NCBI RefSeq assembly: GCF_963676685.1
Contig: NC_092355.1
Coordinates: 30,566,001-30,630,000, forward strand
Direction: 5' to 3'
Length of the DNA: 64,000 bases
From: Mytilus edulis
Taxonomy: Eukaryota
The position numbers and the translations under genes are program-made. The notes below the pieces were generated by a model. That model saw only the letters and a list, made by a program, of their open reading frames with translations, was not told the origin of the DNA and ran no database searches. Position 1 is the stretch's first letter, and every line of letters starts with the position of its first letter. Below, piece after piece: positions 1-19,500 of this stretch.

Positions 1-210
1 TTAGAAAAAAAAGTTGATTTAGACCCGCGAGCCCCCTTAAATTATTTTTTAAATTTCAAAATGGACCGGAAGTCTATCTTTATTGTTGACTGTAACTGTT
101 TTAATGTAATCTTTTGGAATGTATTTTTGCAAGTATCTTGTTAACATTTGTGACAATATAGAACTAGAATTATTAGAATTATTATAATTTTTATTAAGAT
201 AAAAACTAAC

Positions 211-5172
<4,962 letters not shown>

Positions 5173-5224
5173 CTATCTTCTCAAAGCTAATAAAAAATGA
5201 ATAACGTCAATATATTGTCGAAGC

Positions 5225-5232
5225 TATTTATA
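5225..5232 (-). promoter_or_regulatory. Putative TATA box of paralog 1
   Basis: TATAAATA on the minus strand ~70 nt upstream of ATG; TATTAAATA occupies the same position in paralogs 4 and 5. Confidence 0.45.
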
Positions 5233-5704
5233 CACACATGAACAACGATGTTCTAAATACTGACGTCGAACCATGACCTATATTGTGACTTTTACTAGAT
5301 ATTCACCTCAGACGTGTATTGATGAAAGCTAGTAATACTGTATCGATATTTCTATTAAAATTATGAATATATATATATCCCCTTTATAGACTACCAAAGG
5401 TATTTAAATTTTAAATATAAACTCAAACCTAAATAAAGATTGTAGTTATGTTCTGAATTATGGCTGATGATGATATTTTATTCTTAATTGTCATTTGATA
5501 TCGATGTGTTTAATGGATTATTTTTAAGGTCAAAGTTTAGAGCATTCCAGTTATAAGTAATAGACTGTTCTATGATCTTCTATTGTGTTACAGTTTTTAG
5601 CCTTACATTTTCCCACATTGATTTGTCCTGATTTAAAACACTTTTAAAATACATACATAGCTAAATAAGAAGCAAGTCATACATTAGGATTGGTTTGCTT
5701 ATAC

Positions 5705-6232
5705 CACGGGGGGGGGGGGGGGGGGGGGGGGTGTTAACTTCCTATTATTGGGTATACGGGGATGTTCCAAAAATATGGGTCATAATTTTGCGAGATTTTA
5801 TATAAAAATGACCCTCCTTTTTAATGACATCCTATATTAAAATGCATTTACGTTTGATAACTGTATATTGATTTGGGGTATGATCTACATATCATATATA
5901 AATATGCTATTGAGAATCTTACACTATTAATGGTCAATATATAACGATAAAATATATGTGCACCAAACGATGTCAATTCATATATAAAAACTTAAGGGTA
6001 GCTGGTATATTTATGAATTATGAGTGATGCTGAGTTAGTGCTTATATAAGCAATGGGTCATAATTCAAATATTGTATATAAGTATAGGTCATTCTTTCTT
6101 AAATATTTATATAACTATAGGTACTGAATTTCAGTGAATGTTATATTAAAATGGGTACCTTTTTTGAGGCAAAAATGGCACACCCCTACCAAAAAAATAT
6201 CGAAGTTATACCCCCCCCCCTCCCCTTCCGTG
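5705..6232. mobile_element. TIR element with poly-G/poly-C ends upstream of paralog 1
   Basis: CACGG(G)n...(C)nCCGTG termini; 8-bp direct repeat GCTTATAC at 5697-5704 and 6233-6240. Confidence 0.7.
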
Positions 6233-9200
6233 GCTTATACATGTCTGTCTTTATGATAAACCCTGGAAGAAGCAACATCAGCTAAAGATTGCAAAATGTA
6301 ACAAATGGCTAAAATGAATTAGACGTACTAGTTCAGAAGCCAAATTATACACCATATATACTATGCAACATAGGCGGTCGGATTTAGCTGTTTGTGGTGT
6401 ACCAAAAGGTCCCCCCCCCCCATTTTGGGGCTACATATATTATAAATGCATTGACATTTTACAAATAACACTCCAATTGTTGACTTTCTAGCCACAGCAT
6501 CCCGCGTTTAAGAAATCCTGGATCGATAGCTGTACAGACAACTATGAATAATAGATAGACATAAGGGACTTATCATTGTTTCACCTGGGAAAAGGTGGAA
6601 GGAAAAAGGGGGAGGGGGTGGGGTGGGTTGGGTAATCGCTGATCATTTTGAAATAAAACATATAATTTTTTCTTAATCCCCCCTTAAAACATTTCTAAAA
6701 ATTGTGACCCCCTCCCTCTTTTTAAAGACATGCCAAACATTACCTTTGACACACATGATACATGTATGTCGAATACTTGAAGATTCAACAGTAAACAAAT
6801 ATTTCATTAGAGATAGAACTAATTCCGCCAATTTCAATTTATATAAAAAAACAAATGAAACCCCCTTTTCCACCAACAGAACAAAACTTGACCCACTACA
6901 TATTGACCAGCCCCCTTTTAACCAAGGTAATAAATGACAATAAGACCTTAATATGTGGTGCTTACACGTTACTGTGATCTCCTCGATACTTACTCCACAT
7001 ACATTGGTCTTATAAGCACATGTCTACATAACTCCTGGCCAACACGTAATACCGCCAAAGGAATATCCGTGCGTTAAACAATACTAACCCAAAAATTTCA
7101 AATTGCGAACAAACTGGTTTTATTCTTTGATTAGAACTCTAAACATTAAAATAGCACACGAGAAATCCCTATATAATGTAATGGCAATACACAAAACGAC
7201 GGGACATGTACATGTTTTTCTACATACATGTACACTTCCCTTTCCGTTCAATTTATTATTGAATATTGTGCTTTAATGGTCTTATTTGTGCACTTTGTGT
7301 TGCCTGTGAGCACTAGCAAAGTGTTTAACGAACATATGCAACTATTCCAGTCATAATTAGGTTCGATAACTCTGTATGTGACTGGTTTAATTATGGTTAT
7401 GTAAAATGTACTGGTTACCCAAGTAATAATTATATATAGATATTGCATCTTTGTTTCAACCCATCCGTGGTTTCCTTTCGTTGATATAAAATATTATCAT
7501 AAAATGATTTCATAAACAATCGTATAATACTAATATATATATTAAGTCTTGTCAAAATTTACATCGTGATTAGGTCACGTTGCCATGTTTGTTTTGTTTG
7601 ATCACGTTGATGACTTAATTAATGTCTCCACAATCTTGCTTTATCCTTAATTATCATACGAGTTACAATAACGTGTCATATTTAATTGCAATACAAACAG
7701 TTAAATCTTATTGAATTATTTGCATGTGTAAACTAAGTGTCGAACATCCTCTACGTTTGAAATTATCTGGTCGCCATTTTGTTATATGTAACTTCGAAAT
7801 TTTATCAAAACAAATAGCATGTATCCACTTTCACAGAGGGAAATAGTGTTTAAATATATGCTGCGCTAAGGTATTCTTCAGTTGAAAAATCACAAACTAT
7901 AATTTCCTTGTCAACTACAAATTTTACAGCGACTGTTTGTGTCATGTCAAGTACAAATTTTACAACATACAAATCATGTCACCGACGGTACGTGTACTTT
8001 AAAACTCGCTTCCCTTTCTGCATTTCCGGTCAATCAATTATTGGATATTGTGCTCTAACTGTATTATGTATGCACTTGGTGTGTCCTTTGAGCACTAACA
8101 AATTGTGTTAAACGAACTCTTAAATTGAAAATTCACACACAATAATTTTCTTGTCAACTGCTAATTTTACAGCGACAGTTTATGTCAGTTCAAGTACAAA
8201 TTTAACAACTACTGTAACAGACAAATTTTATCAGGTCCGTAAATGTCTCTATTATCATAATTTGATGCTTTCAAAATTGTTTCTTTTATCTTTTTAGTAT
8301 AATGGACAGACAATCTGAATAAATAAGACTGATATTTATGAGGGTCTGGATGGAGTGTCCTTTGATTCTTTTACAGTAACTTTGAGTCCATTTTTTCTAT
8401 TCTTATTACTGTTTGCTCATTATTCTCCTTTCTTTATGTTGGTACACCCTTAATGCAACGTTCTTTACCTTTTATTCTATTTTTCATTAGTCCCGTGTCC
8501 TCAGTTCTGATCCACTAGTCGTCTTTATTCTGTTAACTTCACCTAAACCTTTATGTATGGAAACGATAGATGTTTTATTATTATAGAATATGATTCGGAA
8601 CATAATTGGACGAAATCTAACAGTTAATGACATAAGTTCGTTCTATAATTTTATATTTTTGTTTTTTATTTACGCTGTTTTTTTTTTGGTAGTTTTTAAA
8701 ATATACGTAAAAATATTGAAAATTTCATTCGTAAATCTTTATTGTCAAAGGCAGTCAGGACAAAATATTCCCTTAATTGTTCTTATTTTTGACCGAAAAA
8801 TTAAGTTTTATCTTAATATCATTACATTTAAATTTTAATGTATCATGAATTTTTCACGACATTCCAATCATTCTACAACAGCGTCATTATGAAATAAACA
8901 AATCAAATCTCATAATCTTAAGATTTCACTGATTATCCTTTTACAAACACCAAAATCAACTTGTTACGCCAAAATTTCATGTTGTAAAATTAAAAAAAAA
9001 ATTCACGAAAAAAACTACCGACACATTACAATAATTGTAAAATGTTTTAATTGTATCATATGTTTGTACCGTTTTTTTTGTTCTTGTATAGACCTAAACA
9101 CCAGGGTATCAATTTACTTGACAGCAAAAGAGCAAAGATACAGAATTCCAAGGAAAAATTCAAAACGGGAAGTCTGGAAAAATCAAAAGCTCAAATATGC

Positions 9201-9400
9201 TTTTTGTAAAACTTCAGTTAAGATTAAGAAATGTATCTTCTTCATGTGTAAAGGGGTGTGGGTGAATAAAATAATAACGGCCTTTAAAGGAAGAATAAAA
9301 AAAAATAAGATACAGAATAGAAAATAAAAATGGCTTCTTTTTTTTTAAAAGAATACAGACATAAAGACTGCTACCCCTACTCAAATGTAAACCACTATTT

Positions 9401-9790
9401 AAGGAAGTTCGCTACTCAGTTTCAAAATAACAAGCTTGTCATAACACTAGCATATATTGATAGGGGATTAATAAAGAAAACAAAAGAATAAAAAAAAATA
9501 AAAAAAAATAGGTCAATGTGCCTGTTTTCCCGATAGTAGCCATTGACATTTTGGTGGGGAAATGTTCTCTCTTGACTAATTATAGCTTTAATATTGACAA
9601 GTTAAAGTCCTCAAAAACAGTTAAAAAATAACAGATTTAATAAGACTTTTACAGATGGCTTTTTTTTTTATACATGTTAAAGATTAATAAAAAGGAAAAT
9701 GGGGGTCAATGGGCAAATTTTTTCATGGCATTCAATTGGATAAAACCAGAGATTCAGAAAATCTGACAAAAATTCCAAAACATGACAAGA
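9401..9790. mobile_element. Kolobok-like non-autonomous element; copies at 10779-11168 and ~53300-53686
   Basis: TTAA-GGAAGTTCGC start; the second copy ends GCTAACTTCATTAA; strong mutual similarity of 9401-9790 and 10779-11168. Confidence 0.55.
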
Positions 9791-10204
9791 TAAACCAACC
9801 AACAGTCTCTCAATCAGCAAGCGCTCACATGTTCCAACAGCAAAATAGAGGCACTAGACAGGCAATATAGACGTATCGGAACGTGCACAGGACAAGTAAA
9901 TATACAATGTAGGAACAATGTACGTAAAATACTATATTGTTTTTATCCTGAAATTTAAACCCAACACTTAAAACTTTCGTTGTCAAATGTAAATCATTGT
10001 CTCTAATTTTTCAATGAAATCGACAGTTTATACGCGGACCGCAGAGAAGACCCCAAAAGTGAACTGGTTTGCAAAAAGAAAAATCCACATTACCCCGTGC
10101 GCAACATGGAAGCGGGATAGCAGGAGACTTTATTCGTACACGTACAAATAAAGCAAAACATTATTTGTATACTTGTATTTTGTACAATAGATGGCTGATT
10201 GCAA

Positions 10205-10455
10205 GATAAATTAGACGCATAGGAACAGGCACGGTACAAGTAAAATAGACGCACAGGAACAGACCCGGGACAAGAAAAATACACGAAAACTAACAGGCAC
10301 TGGACAGGCAAAATAGACGTACAGGTACAGGCATGGAACAGACAAAATAGACGTACAGGTACAGGCATGGGACAGGCAAAATAGACGTATATGGACAGAA
10401 CCGGAGCAGCAAAATAGACGTGTAGGAACAGGACCGGAACAGGCAAATAGACCGT
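10205..10455. repeat. 34-bp minisatellite (~7 units; further degenerate units at ~9830-9920)
   Basis: Unit GGACAGGCAAAATAGACGTACAGGTACAGGCATG. Confidence 0.85.
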
Positions 10456-11730
10456 ATATGACTATGCAGCGAAAGCAATAAAATGTCGTAATATGTAAGA
10501 CACAAAATGTCACAAAATTCTATAGTGATATCATTAATAACATAAAAGTTTGAAGGCTTACCCTCCCTTTGTGTCTGACATCCATCAAAGATATACAAAG
10601 AGTCGTTGGAAAACAGCGGGGATAGCATTTTACCTTAAGTTACATGATTATAATACAGAAGAAACAATGTTACCTTACATTGCATGTCTCTTTGTGCAAT
10701 TTTTAACATACAAGAAACAAGAAAAAACTTTGAAATCGGTAAAGGTTGATATGAAAAGTTTGACAAAAATTGACTTATGGAAGTTCGCTTCTCCGTTGCA
10801 AAATAACAAGCTTTTCATACTACAAGTATATATTGATACGGGATTAATAAAGGTACCAAAAGAACAAAAATAAAACATTGATCAATGTGCTTTTTTTTGA
10901 GATATAAGCCATTGAAATTTTGGCGGGAAAATGTTCTCTCTTGACTTTTCATAGCTTTATCATTGACAATTAAGTTCTCAAAAACTATTAAAAATAATAA
11001 CGATTTTATAAGACTTGAACAGATGGCTTATAATGATACATGTAAAAGATTTCTAAAAAGAAAACTGGGGGTCAATGGGCAAAAATGTTTAAGGCATTCA
11101 AATGTATAAAACCAGAGGATTCCGAAAATCTGACAAAAATTCCAAAACATGACAAGCTAACTTCATTAAAGAGCAAACGCTAAAGTTTTGATCCGATGGT
11201 GACTTTTTTGTCGACAATTTGAATACATGTACTTGCGAATTTACACTTAGTCAATTCAAAGACGTAATAAACAATATACCTGCATGTGCTACATGTACTA
11301 CTAGAGATAAGTTTGGTCGAAAATTCAGACATTTCCTCAATTGGCTACGGACATTAATTTGTTTAAAGAGTGTCTGATAGAATTATAAAGTCGATAATTG
11401 GTATGCAAATGTTAACTGCGAGACACGTTATACTAAAATTAAAATTCACTAATGTTTCAAAGGAAATGAATTGAATTCGCACTAAACCTGACCAAAGTAG
11501 TTAAGTATTATAAATCTCTCGAGAACTATTATCTACACCAGGCTTAATTTAAGTTCATTTACAAGTTAATCTAATATGTATTCGGCTTTTAATTGTTGAA
11601 TAGCTCTTAAGTTCATAATAGCGTTAAAAATGTCTCTAACAAATATTTTTTAATTTCAAATGTACTCTATAGTTATTTCTGACTGCATAATAATTACAAA
11701 CTCTTTTGTTAATAGAGAGATACACGATTC

Positions 11731-11901
11731 TACGGAAGCCGTGGAGTGCCACGGAAAAAAAATAATTACAACTTGCGCGCACAAGTTACAAGATAGTAAC
11801 TCGTGCGCGCAAGTTATGTAACTTGTGCGCACAAGATAGTAACTAACTTGTGCGCGCAAGTTGTAATTATTTTTTTTGCGTGGCACTCCAGGGCTTCCGT
11901 A
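11731..11901. mobile_element. Foldback MITE, IS3EU-like
   Basis: TACGGAAGCC...GGCTTCCGTA TIRs (~55 bp), internal short repeats, 6-bp TSD CGATTC (11725-11730, 11902-11907). Confidence 0.8.
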
Positions 11902-12155
11902 CGATTCGACACATAACTAGGATATGGTAAACTTCTAAACGTTAGAAAAGTAATTGCATTTTTTTTTAATTCTCTCTAAAGCTCGGCCTTCCTTTTTGTT
12001 TTTTTTTAAATTTCTAGTCCACTATTTTCTATCCTGTAAACAATCCCATTCAGATTATATTCTATGAAACACATATTTAAGTGAGTCTGAACGATGGTTC
12101 CCTCCTTGTGTAACCTTTTAGAGCTTTTTCTATTATATTTATTTATTTTAACCCT

Positions 12156-12965
12156 TTTAGCACACCTAGCGCGAAGGGTAAATTGAGCTTTTCTCATCAC
12201 TTGGCGTCCGTCGTTCATCGTTTGTTAACTTTTATCAAAATTTTCTACCTTAAAACTAATGCGCGAAATTTAACCAAAACCTAGCCAGTGTTATTTAATG
12301 TAAAAATATGTCCATGACCCAATCTGCCAACCAAGACGGAAGACATGGCTAAGTACAAAACATAGGGGACCCGGGTTAAATGCATTTTTTGTCTATAATG
12401 TTTAAAACCGGTTTGAATAGAGAAAGTCTAAATGTTTGAAATGTTTGGCTCTACCAATAACTCATTGAAGCCAAAACTGTCAGGCGACTACGTATAGAAG
12501 TCCTTGCCTCTAACATGACAAAGTTTACCTTTTTTTCATTTTTGCCTGATATCTTAAAAACTATAATAGATCGAGTGCGAGAAATTCTCAGTTACAAAAT
12601 GATTAGCAAGACAGTATCTACGTGGAAGTATGCATGGTCGTAATTGTAAGTCGATTCCTTATTAGAGTTGTTGCCCTTTGATGACGATTTTAACGTTTTA
12701 TTTGCGATTTTGAATCATATCTCTAATAGCTGTAATAGAAATATTGAAACTAAAATAAGCAAAAGTGATCAGCAAAGACATGAGCTACATTTAGGACAAT
12801 GTGGAGGAAATTATCTGACGACCCATTATTTGAGTTATTGCCTGTTAATGGCGACTTTAACGTTTGTTTTGCATTTTGCTTATATGGTAAACATTATAAA
12901 TTATAAATATAAATAGCATTTAAATAACATTGTTGAATATGCGCGTAGACTCGGGTGAGCGACTT
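12156..12965. mobile_element. Degenerate Helentron-associated element (different family)
   Basis: TTTTAGCACACCT...TGAGC terminal hairpin, CGTCCGTCGT microsatellite remnant, distal subterminal IR GGTGAGC. Confidence 0.5.
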
Positions 12966-13322
12966 CATCTTCAACTCTTTCTTTACTCAAATGTCGCCTT
13001 TTTCTCCATTCTGTAGATGTTTTGTCCTGTATTTTGCATTTTCTGTCCATTTCTCTCTTTTTTGTAATGTGCATCAATACCCTCAAATAGCCGCATCGAC
13101 CAAATGTTTTCAATATAATGTCTTATTCTTGATCTTTGTGAGTATATTATTATCTTTGTGTGTACATATCGCTATTTTTTTTTGTCTTTTGATAATGACT
13201 TTGTTTAAACGAAACTCTCGTCTGGTTTACAAAACTACGAACCTGAAATCTTGGATGAATATTTTTTTTCATTGATGATTAAAATAATATTACAATAAAT
13301 GAATAACACAGCTTCATCACAT

Positions 13323-13328
13323 TTTAAT
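13323..13328 (-). terminator. Putative polyadenylation signal ATTAAA of paralog 2 (conserved at ~22792, ~32713, ~42284)
   Basis: ATTAAA ~190-205 nt after the stop inside a 3'-UTR block conserved in all four complete genes. Confidence 0.4.
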
Positions 13329-13532
13329 TCAGTAAATTGCAATTTGTAAAACAGATTCAGTAAAAAGGTATTAAAGCTATAAAATAAATAAGTACAAAAC
13401 CATGTGCTATAGTTATTGTATACAATGTAAAAAGTATCAAAAGTTTTGTTCGTCTATATCTAATAATGCTGGACCATGTTTATGTACAAATAAACGAATA
13501 AATAAAGTAAAAGTTTAAAGTTGTTCCTAGAT

Positions 13533-16500
13533 TTACATTTCCGATGCCGGTCGCTTCTCCAAATATTTCTGTACATTAGCATTTGTTTTTACACTTTCGT
13601 AAAACTTTTTGACCTCCGGAAAGTCTTTGTACACGCCCTCTCCCATCTTTGGGTTACATACTAGTTTATCAAGCATGTCAAAAGCAGCCAAATCCGCAAC
13701 TGTCAACTACAAATAACAAAAAAAAAATTACATCTTGCACTTACTTTTTCCACTATTTTTAATGACAAAGCTTTTAAGGAAGACGCCATTTTGATTTTAA
13801 ATTTATCACGTAGTTAAAAAAACCTGTTTACTACAAATAACAAAAAAAAGGAGAATTACATCTAACGCTTACTTTTTCATTTTTGTTAACTATATCAAAA
13901 AGGTGTTCCGAAAGAATAGCGTAACTATACAAAGGAATACTTTTTTCCCGAAAGATTCCAAAGGCTTCCCTAAAAACATTGATGTTTGACAATTGCCATG
14001 ATTTAACTGTCTAAAGGCTTCAACTGTTCCAAAAGAACGAAGGCCGTATTGTGACCTATAGTTGTTAATATCTGTGTCATTTTAGTCTCTTGTGGAGAGT
14101 TGTCTCATTTGCAATCATACCACATCTTCCTTTTTATATTTACGATACAAACGGTTGTTTGTTATATATGTATATAATATTTTGTTCCTTTTTTTTGTAT
14201 GACGTATTGTAAAATTATTATGTTGATTTGTGTATGCCTTCAACCCCATTGGGGTACACATGTGCATTTATTCAATAAACATATAAGATTAAGTTCGACC
14301 CAAACTGCACTTAAACCGAATTGCATTACCAGCAGTCTATTGATTTGGAATCTGTCTTCATATTTAGTTCATATTGGCTCAATTGATTGAACATTATTGT
14401 TTAACGCCACTCGCAGCCCTATGATGCTTTAAATGGCTGGTACACGAAGAGAACAACTCCGACATTTGATATGAAAACCGACAATCTTATGCAATTATGA
14501 TTAGAGTCAACTGTACTTGCCATGTGCCGGATTCCAACTCACAACCTCAGCGTTGACAAGCTAGTGGTACACTATTTCAACTTTGAATTATATTTATATG
14601 TATTTATTTTTTGTGTATTTTTACTTCTGTCTGTTTTGTCATGATCGTATATTTTTAAAAACTATATTTAGTTTATATATTGATTATACATCTACCTATA
14701 TATGTTGTTAAACATTTGGTTAATAAAGAATTGAATTGAATTGAACTTCTTAAACCACTTGACCACCGACGCCTCGCATATTGGGTTGATTAATTGAATA
14801 TCTTTGCGTTTAAACTTCATGAATTTCTTTTCTTCTCTTTTTACTTTAAACCTCTGTTACCTTCGATCCCACGAGACATTTTCCACCATTTTCTTTCAGT
14901 ACCTTGCACAAATAAGTGAAAAATTGTGGTAGAACTTCTGTGCCTAACTTTTTACCAAGTTCTTCCTAAAATAGAACAAAAATGATTGAAGATAAGTAAT
15001 ATTTCTTTTTTCAAATATCTGATAAATCAATTAATCAAATAATATAAAGTACAAGAAAGTCTGTGTTTCTAATTATCGAAGGCCGTACGGTGACCTATAG
15101 TTGCTTGTATATATATATACGTTATTTGAACAAACACTTTTTGATATTTATCGCACTGACAATAACCAAGGATGTTACCTGCGATTTTTAAAAGTGTAAG
15201 GTTCCGTCCATATTTCTCCATTCAAAAGCATTGAACGTAAAAAAAAGGGGGTTCCAATTGCAACACCCGGACATATCCTTTCCAACATGGATCAGCATCT
15301 GTTTATTTTCATACAAACAAATTTAATATACTATGATTGCTATTCTTAGTGATACTAGTAATGTGGGACATTTGAAATTCTTGTAGATACATCTCATGCA
15401 TCTGTCTTGATGCTCTATATTATCAATAATTTCGTAGGGGAATTGCTCTTTATCTCTGTCTTTTTTATTTAACATTGTCATTAAAGCGGAAGGTTTGGCA
15501 TGCCACAAAAACAGGTTCAACCCACCATTTTTCCCTTAAAATGTCCTGTACAAAGTCAGGAAAATGGCCATTGTTATATTATAATAGTTCGTTTCTGTGT
15601 GTGTTACATTTTAATGTTGTGTTTCTAATGTGTCGTAGTTCTCTTATATTTGATGCGTTTCCCTCAGTTTTTGTTTGTAACCCGGATTTGTTTTGCTCAA
15701 TCAATTCATGAATTTCGAACAGAGGTATACTACTGTTGCCTTTATACATTGCGATTCACATAGGTAAATCGTTTTTGATGCCCTATATCAATAAGATTGT
15801 CGTAGGTAAATCAGTCTTAATGTCTGTCTATTTCAATGAGATTGTTGTAGCAAGATCGGTCTTAATGGAATTTTTTAAACTGTCTTTAAAATTTAGAGCA
15901 ACAGGTTCATGATAGTTCATGTAATTGATTGATTGTTGCATTGGTGATTAACGCCACCTCATGCACTATTTGTAATATCCTGGCGGTCAATTTATATTTG
16001 TGTAGTAAGCCCGAGTGCCCGTAGAAAACCATCGAACTTCATTAGGAAAACTGACATTCCTAGTTAACTAAGATTCGAGTCGCGTTCAGTATTCAAACTC
16101 ACCTTCAACATCAGTGGTACAGTAGATGACCTACTTAGACCACGTGACTACCGAGGCCCCAAATTTATTCTTGTTTGATTTAAATGTTCATTTGTTGTGT
16201 CATTGTATGGACGTATTTTATTTGTTATAATTTGTAGACAATTTACATATTTAATAAATACGAACCTTTTCAGATTCATCCTGTTTGTAATGTGATTTAA
16301 TAAATACGAATCTTTTTAGCTTCATCCTGTTCGTGATGTGATTTTATAAATACGAACCTTTTTAGCTTCATCCTGTTCGTAATTTGATTAATAAATACGA
16401 ACCTTTTTAGCTTCATCCTGTTCGTAATGTGATTTTATAAATACGAACCGTTTTAGCTTCATCCTGTTCGTAATGTGATTTAATAGATACGAACCTTTTT

Positions 16501-19500
16501 AGCTTCATCCTGTTCGTAATGTGATTTTATAGATACGAACCTTTTTAGCTCCATCCTGTTCGTAATGTGATTTAATAAATACGAACCTTTTTAGCTTCAT
16601 CCTGTTCGTAATGTGATTTTATAAATACGAACCTTTTTAGCTTCATCCTGTTCGAAATGTGATTTAACCATAGCAGTAAACACGTCCGATACAGTTTCAA
16701 TGATGACGTCACACTTTGTATTTTCCATATTATTTGAACCATACAATCCTGTTAAAATGTTAAAATGATTATAGAGAATATATGGGAGTCTGGTGGGGAT
16801 CTTCATTTTTTAAATTCTTTAAGTTTTGGCCATATTTCTCTATTTTTCATTTTTTTGTAAACTGAAAGCTGTTTGACACTTTGGTTCTCCATTTGATATT
16901 TGTGTTTATAATATTATATTGATTCAGCCAATATGATTGGTTAATTTATTAGTAGTTGGTTTTACCGCCATTTGCAGTACACATGGCTATATCGTGCCAA
17001 GACGAAGTGGTCGGAGTGATCTTAAGAGGATTTTGCATAGAAAATATAAACACATTAATTCTTAAATCCGTTGTTGGCATGATACAGGTTATGTTCTTCA
17101 CATAAATTTTATGATGATATGATACTACGGAATGTGCTGAAATCATATATGAGGAAGACATAATCTTCCAATTAATTTAATGGAAGTCTGAAGGTGGCAT
17201 ATCAGTATAGCTGCTTGTAGTACTTTTTGAATTTATGTATTGTTGTCATATTTTTGTTTTCTATTCTGACATCAAACTCGAACTTTTTTTAAAATTGAGA
17301 TTATCTGTGCGTATTGCTGTCTGTTTGTTAAGTCTACATTAGCCTAAGATATAAGGGGGGATTGAGATCTCACAAAAATTTTAAATCCCGCGGAATTATT
17401 GTGCGTGTCTTAGGCAAGGAGCTTCTAGCCTTTGCTATCTTTTATGTCCTTTTAATCTAAGTTCATTTATAATATACTTCAGAGTTTAAAGTGACGTCCA
17501 TTTCAACCGAACTAGTTCACAGTAGCCAGCTGAATCCCGTTTCCGGGTCCAGAATGTTTTCGCTGTGTTGAAAAAGCATTGGTGGCCGTGGGCTTTGAAC
17601 GACTAAAGGGCGAGGGTCCAAGCCTTTTTGAAGATAGTTTATCTTGCTTGAGAAATACCATAATACAAGAACACATTAACATTATTGGTCTGCCCTGCTT
17701 ACTTGAGTTGGAGGCTGTGCTATGACCTGTATTTGTTCATGTATTCGTGATTTAGTCTTCATTGGTATAGTCGACTCATTGGAAATCATTCCAAATCTCT
17801 TCATTTTATTGTAATTCGAGTTTAAAAATCCACAGTCGCTATAAACAGGTTTAAACTATTGAGATTGAGATATAACGTTGTTTTCTTATTCCGTTTAAAT
17901 AAAAGTGTTATTTGTATTTCAGAATTCGGCTTAGGTACACAAAACTGTTATATTTAAATATATGAAATATTATACTTTTAATTTTAGAAACAAGATGTAC
18001 TATGCATTTATGGGAAGTTAGGATAACCCCAGTCACACACTGCAAAAAACTATCAAAATGAAATATATGACAAGCACAAACAAATTGTATTATGCATTAT
18101 TATGTTAATAATATTCTTGTTTGTGCAATATAACATTAAAAAAAACAAAATAAAAAACAACAAAAAAACACAGTGAACGATTTTATCGATAAGCGATTTC
18201 CGAACCGTGATTTCAGAGACTTTAAATAAAACTTACCAAATTCACGAGCAAGGTATCGTGCAATAGCACCGGTCTGGTTAATCATTGTTTTATTATCCAC
18301 AGTCAATACAGGCATCTGACCATATGGTGTTTCTGAAATAAATCATCAACTCGAGGTTTTCAGCATTTTTTTTTTAAATTTTATTGCAATTAGCTTTGCA
18401 TGTGTTATTCATTTATATTGCTGTGAGGGTGACGATCTGATTTTTTTTGTATTTTTTTTGGCATCAACATATTTTGATTAATGCAGAAGGATATGCAGCT
18501 TTCAGTAACACATGAAAAAGTCTTTCGTTGATTTGACGTTATGACATGTACATTCATAAAAAGTTTGATTGCAATTAGTATAATTTTGACCTTTAAAGCT
18601 TAAGATTAAAAACGAGGACACCTTTAATCCCAATTACATATATGCCGTATATAAGCACTGTTATTTTATGTTTAAAAGAAATCTTGTACGAGGGTCTGTT
18701 TGAGATTATAACTGGTCGACAAAAATAGTAAAAAAAAAATTAATAAAATAAAACATTTTGATAATTTAAAAGGAATAAGTACCACAGCGAAAAATTGAAA
18801 AAAATAAAGCAGTTAGTGGAAAATAAAAACAGATTGTCTTCAAATCAAAAGAAAAGAAGGAGACAAAAAAAAATTGTTTGTTTCAGACCCTTCTGAATCG
18901 GTTAAACAACGGTTATATAATATAATATTGATACCTTATTGAATTAAATAGAAACAAAAATACATTGCGCTACTCATATACATGATAGTATCTTTAGAAT
19001 ATCGCATGTCTGTCTACGTTAACACCTGACTTAGTAAGGTATAGAACAATTATGTAAACAATAAAAATCTTATATCCTTCAATACATAAATACTATTATT
19101 TTAAACAACCAATAATTGACAGACAAAGGAACATAATTACTTATTAAAGAAGTAATATAAGCTCCCCTCCCCATTGAAGCAATCTTTAACATGTATATTT
19201 GAATTGACAGTCTGGCTTATGAATCTGCACATCAACTTTCTTCAAACATTTTATGTATCTGCTTTAATCTAGAAATTCCTAAAATGATTACATATATACT
19301 AAACAAATATATTTTTTTCTAGATAAACCCACTTGTTTGCCTTTATCATAGAGAGCTAATAAACAGCTATTGTTTAATTTTTTCCGAATATTTGTTCTCT
19401 TCTAATCAAATAAGCTATGTGAAGGTTCGGTATACAAAAAAACTAGTCCAAGGTTTTATAAACCTGTTTTCAGTTTGATTAGGTGCTTTGCACTGTACTT

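Noticed and set aside
10090-10628. Overlapping Cys-rich ORFs on the minus strand
   Set aside because: They derive from the 34-bp minisatellite; no splice or homology support.
16254-16666. CRISPR-like regular repeats (also 23230-23795, 24725-25015, 34195-34705)
   Set aside because: Head-to-tail units with no unique spacers, eukaryotic intronic context, no cas genes.
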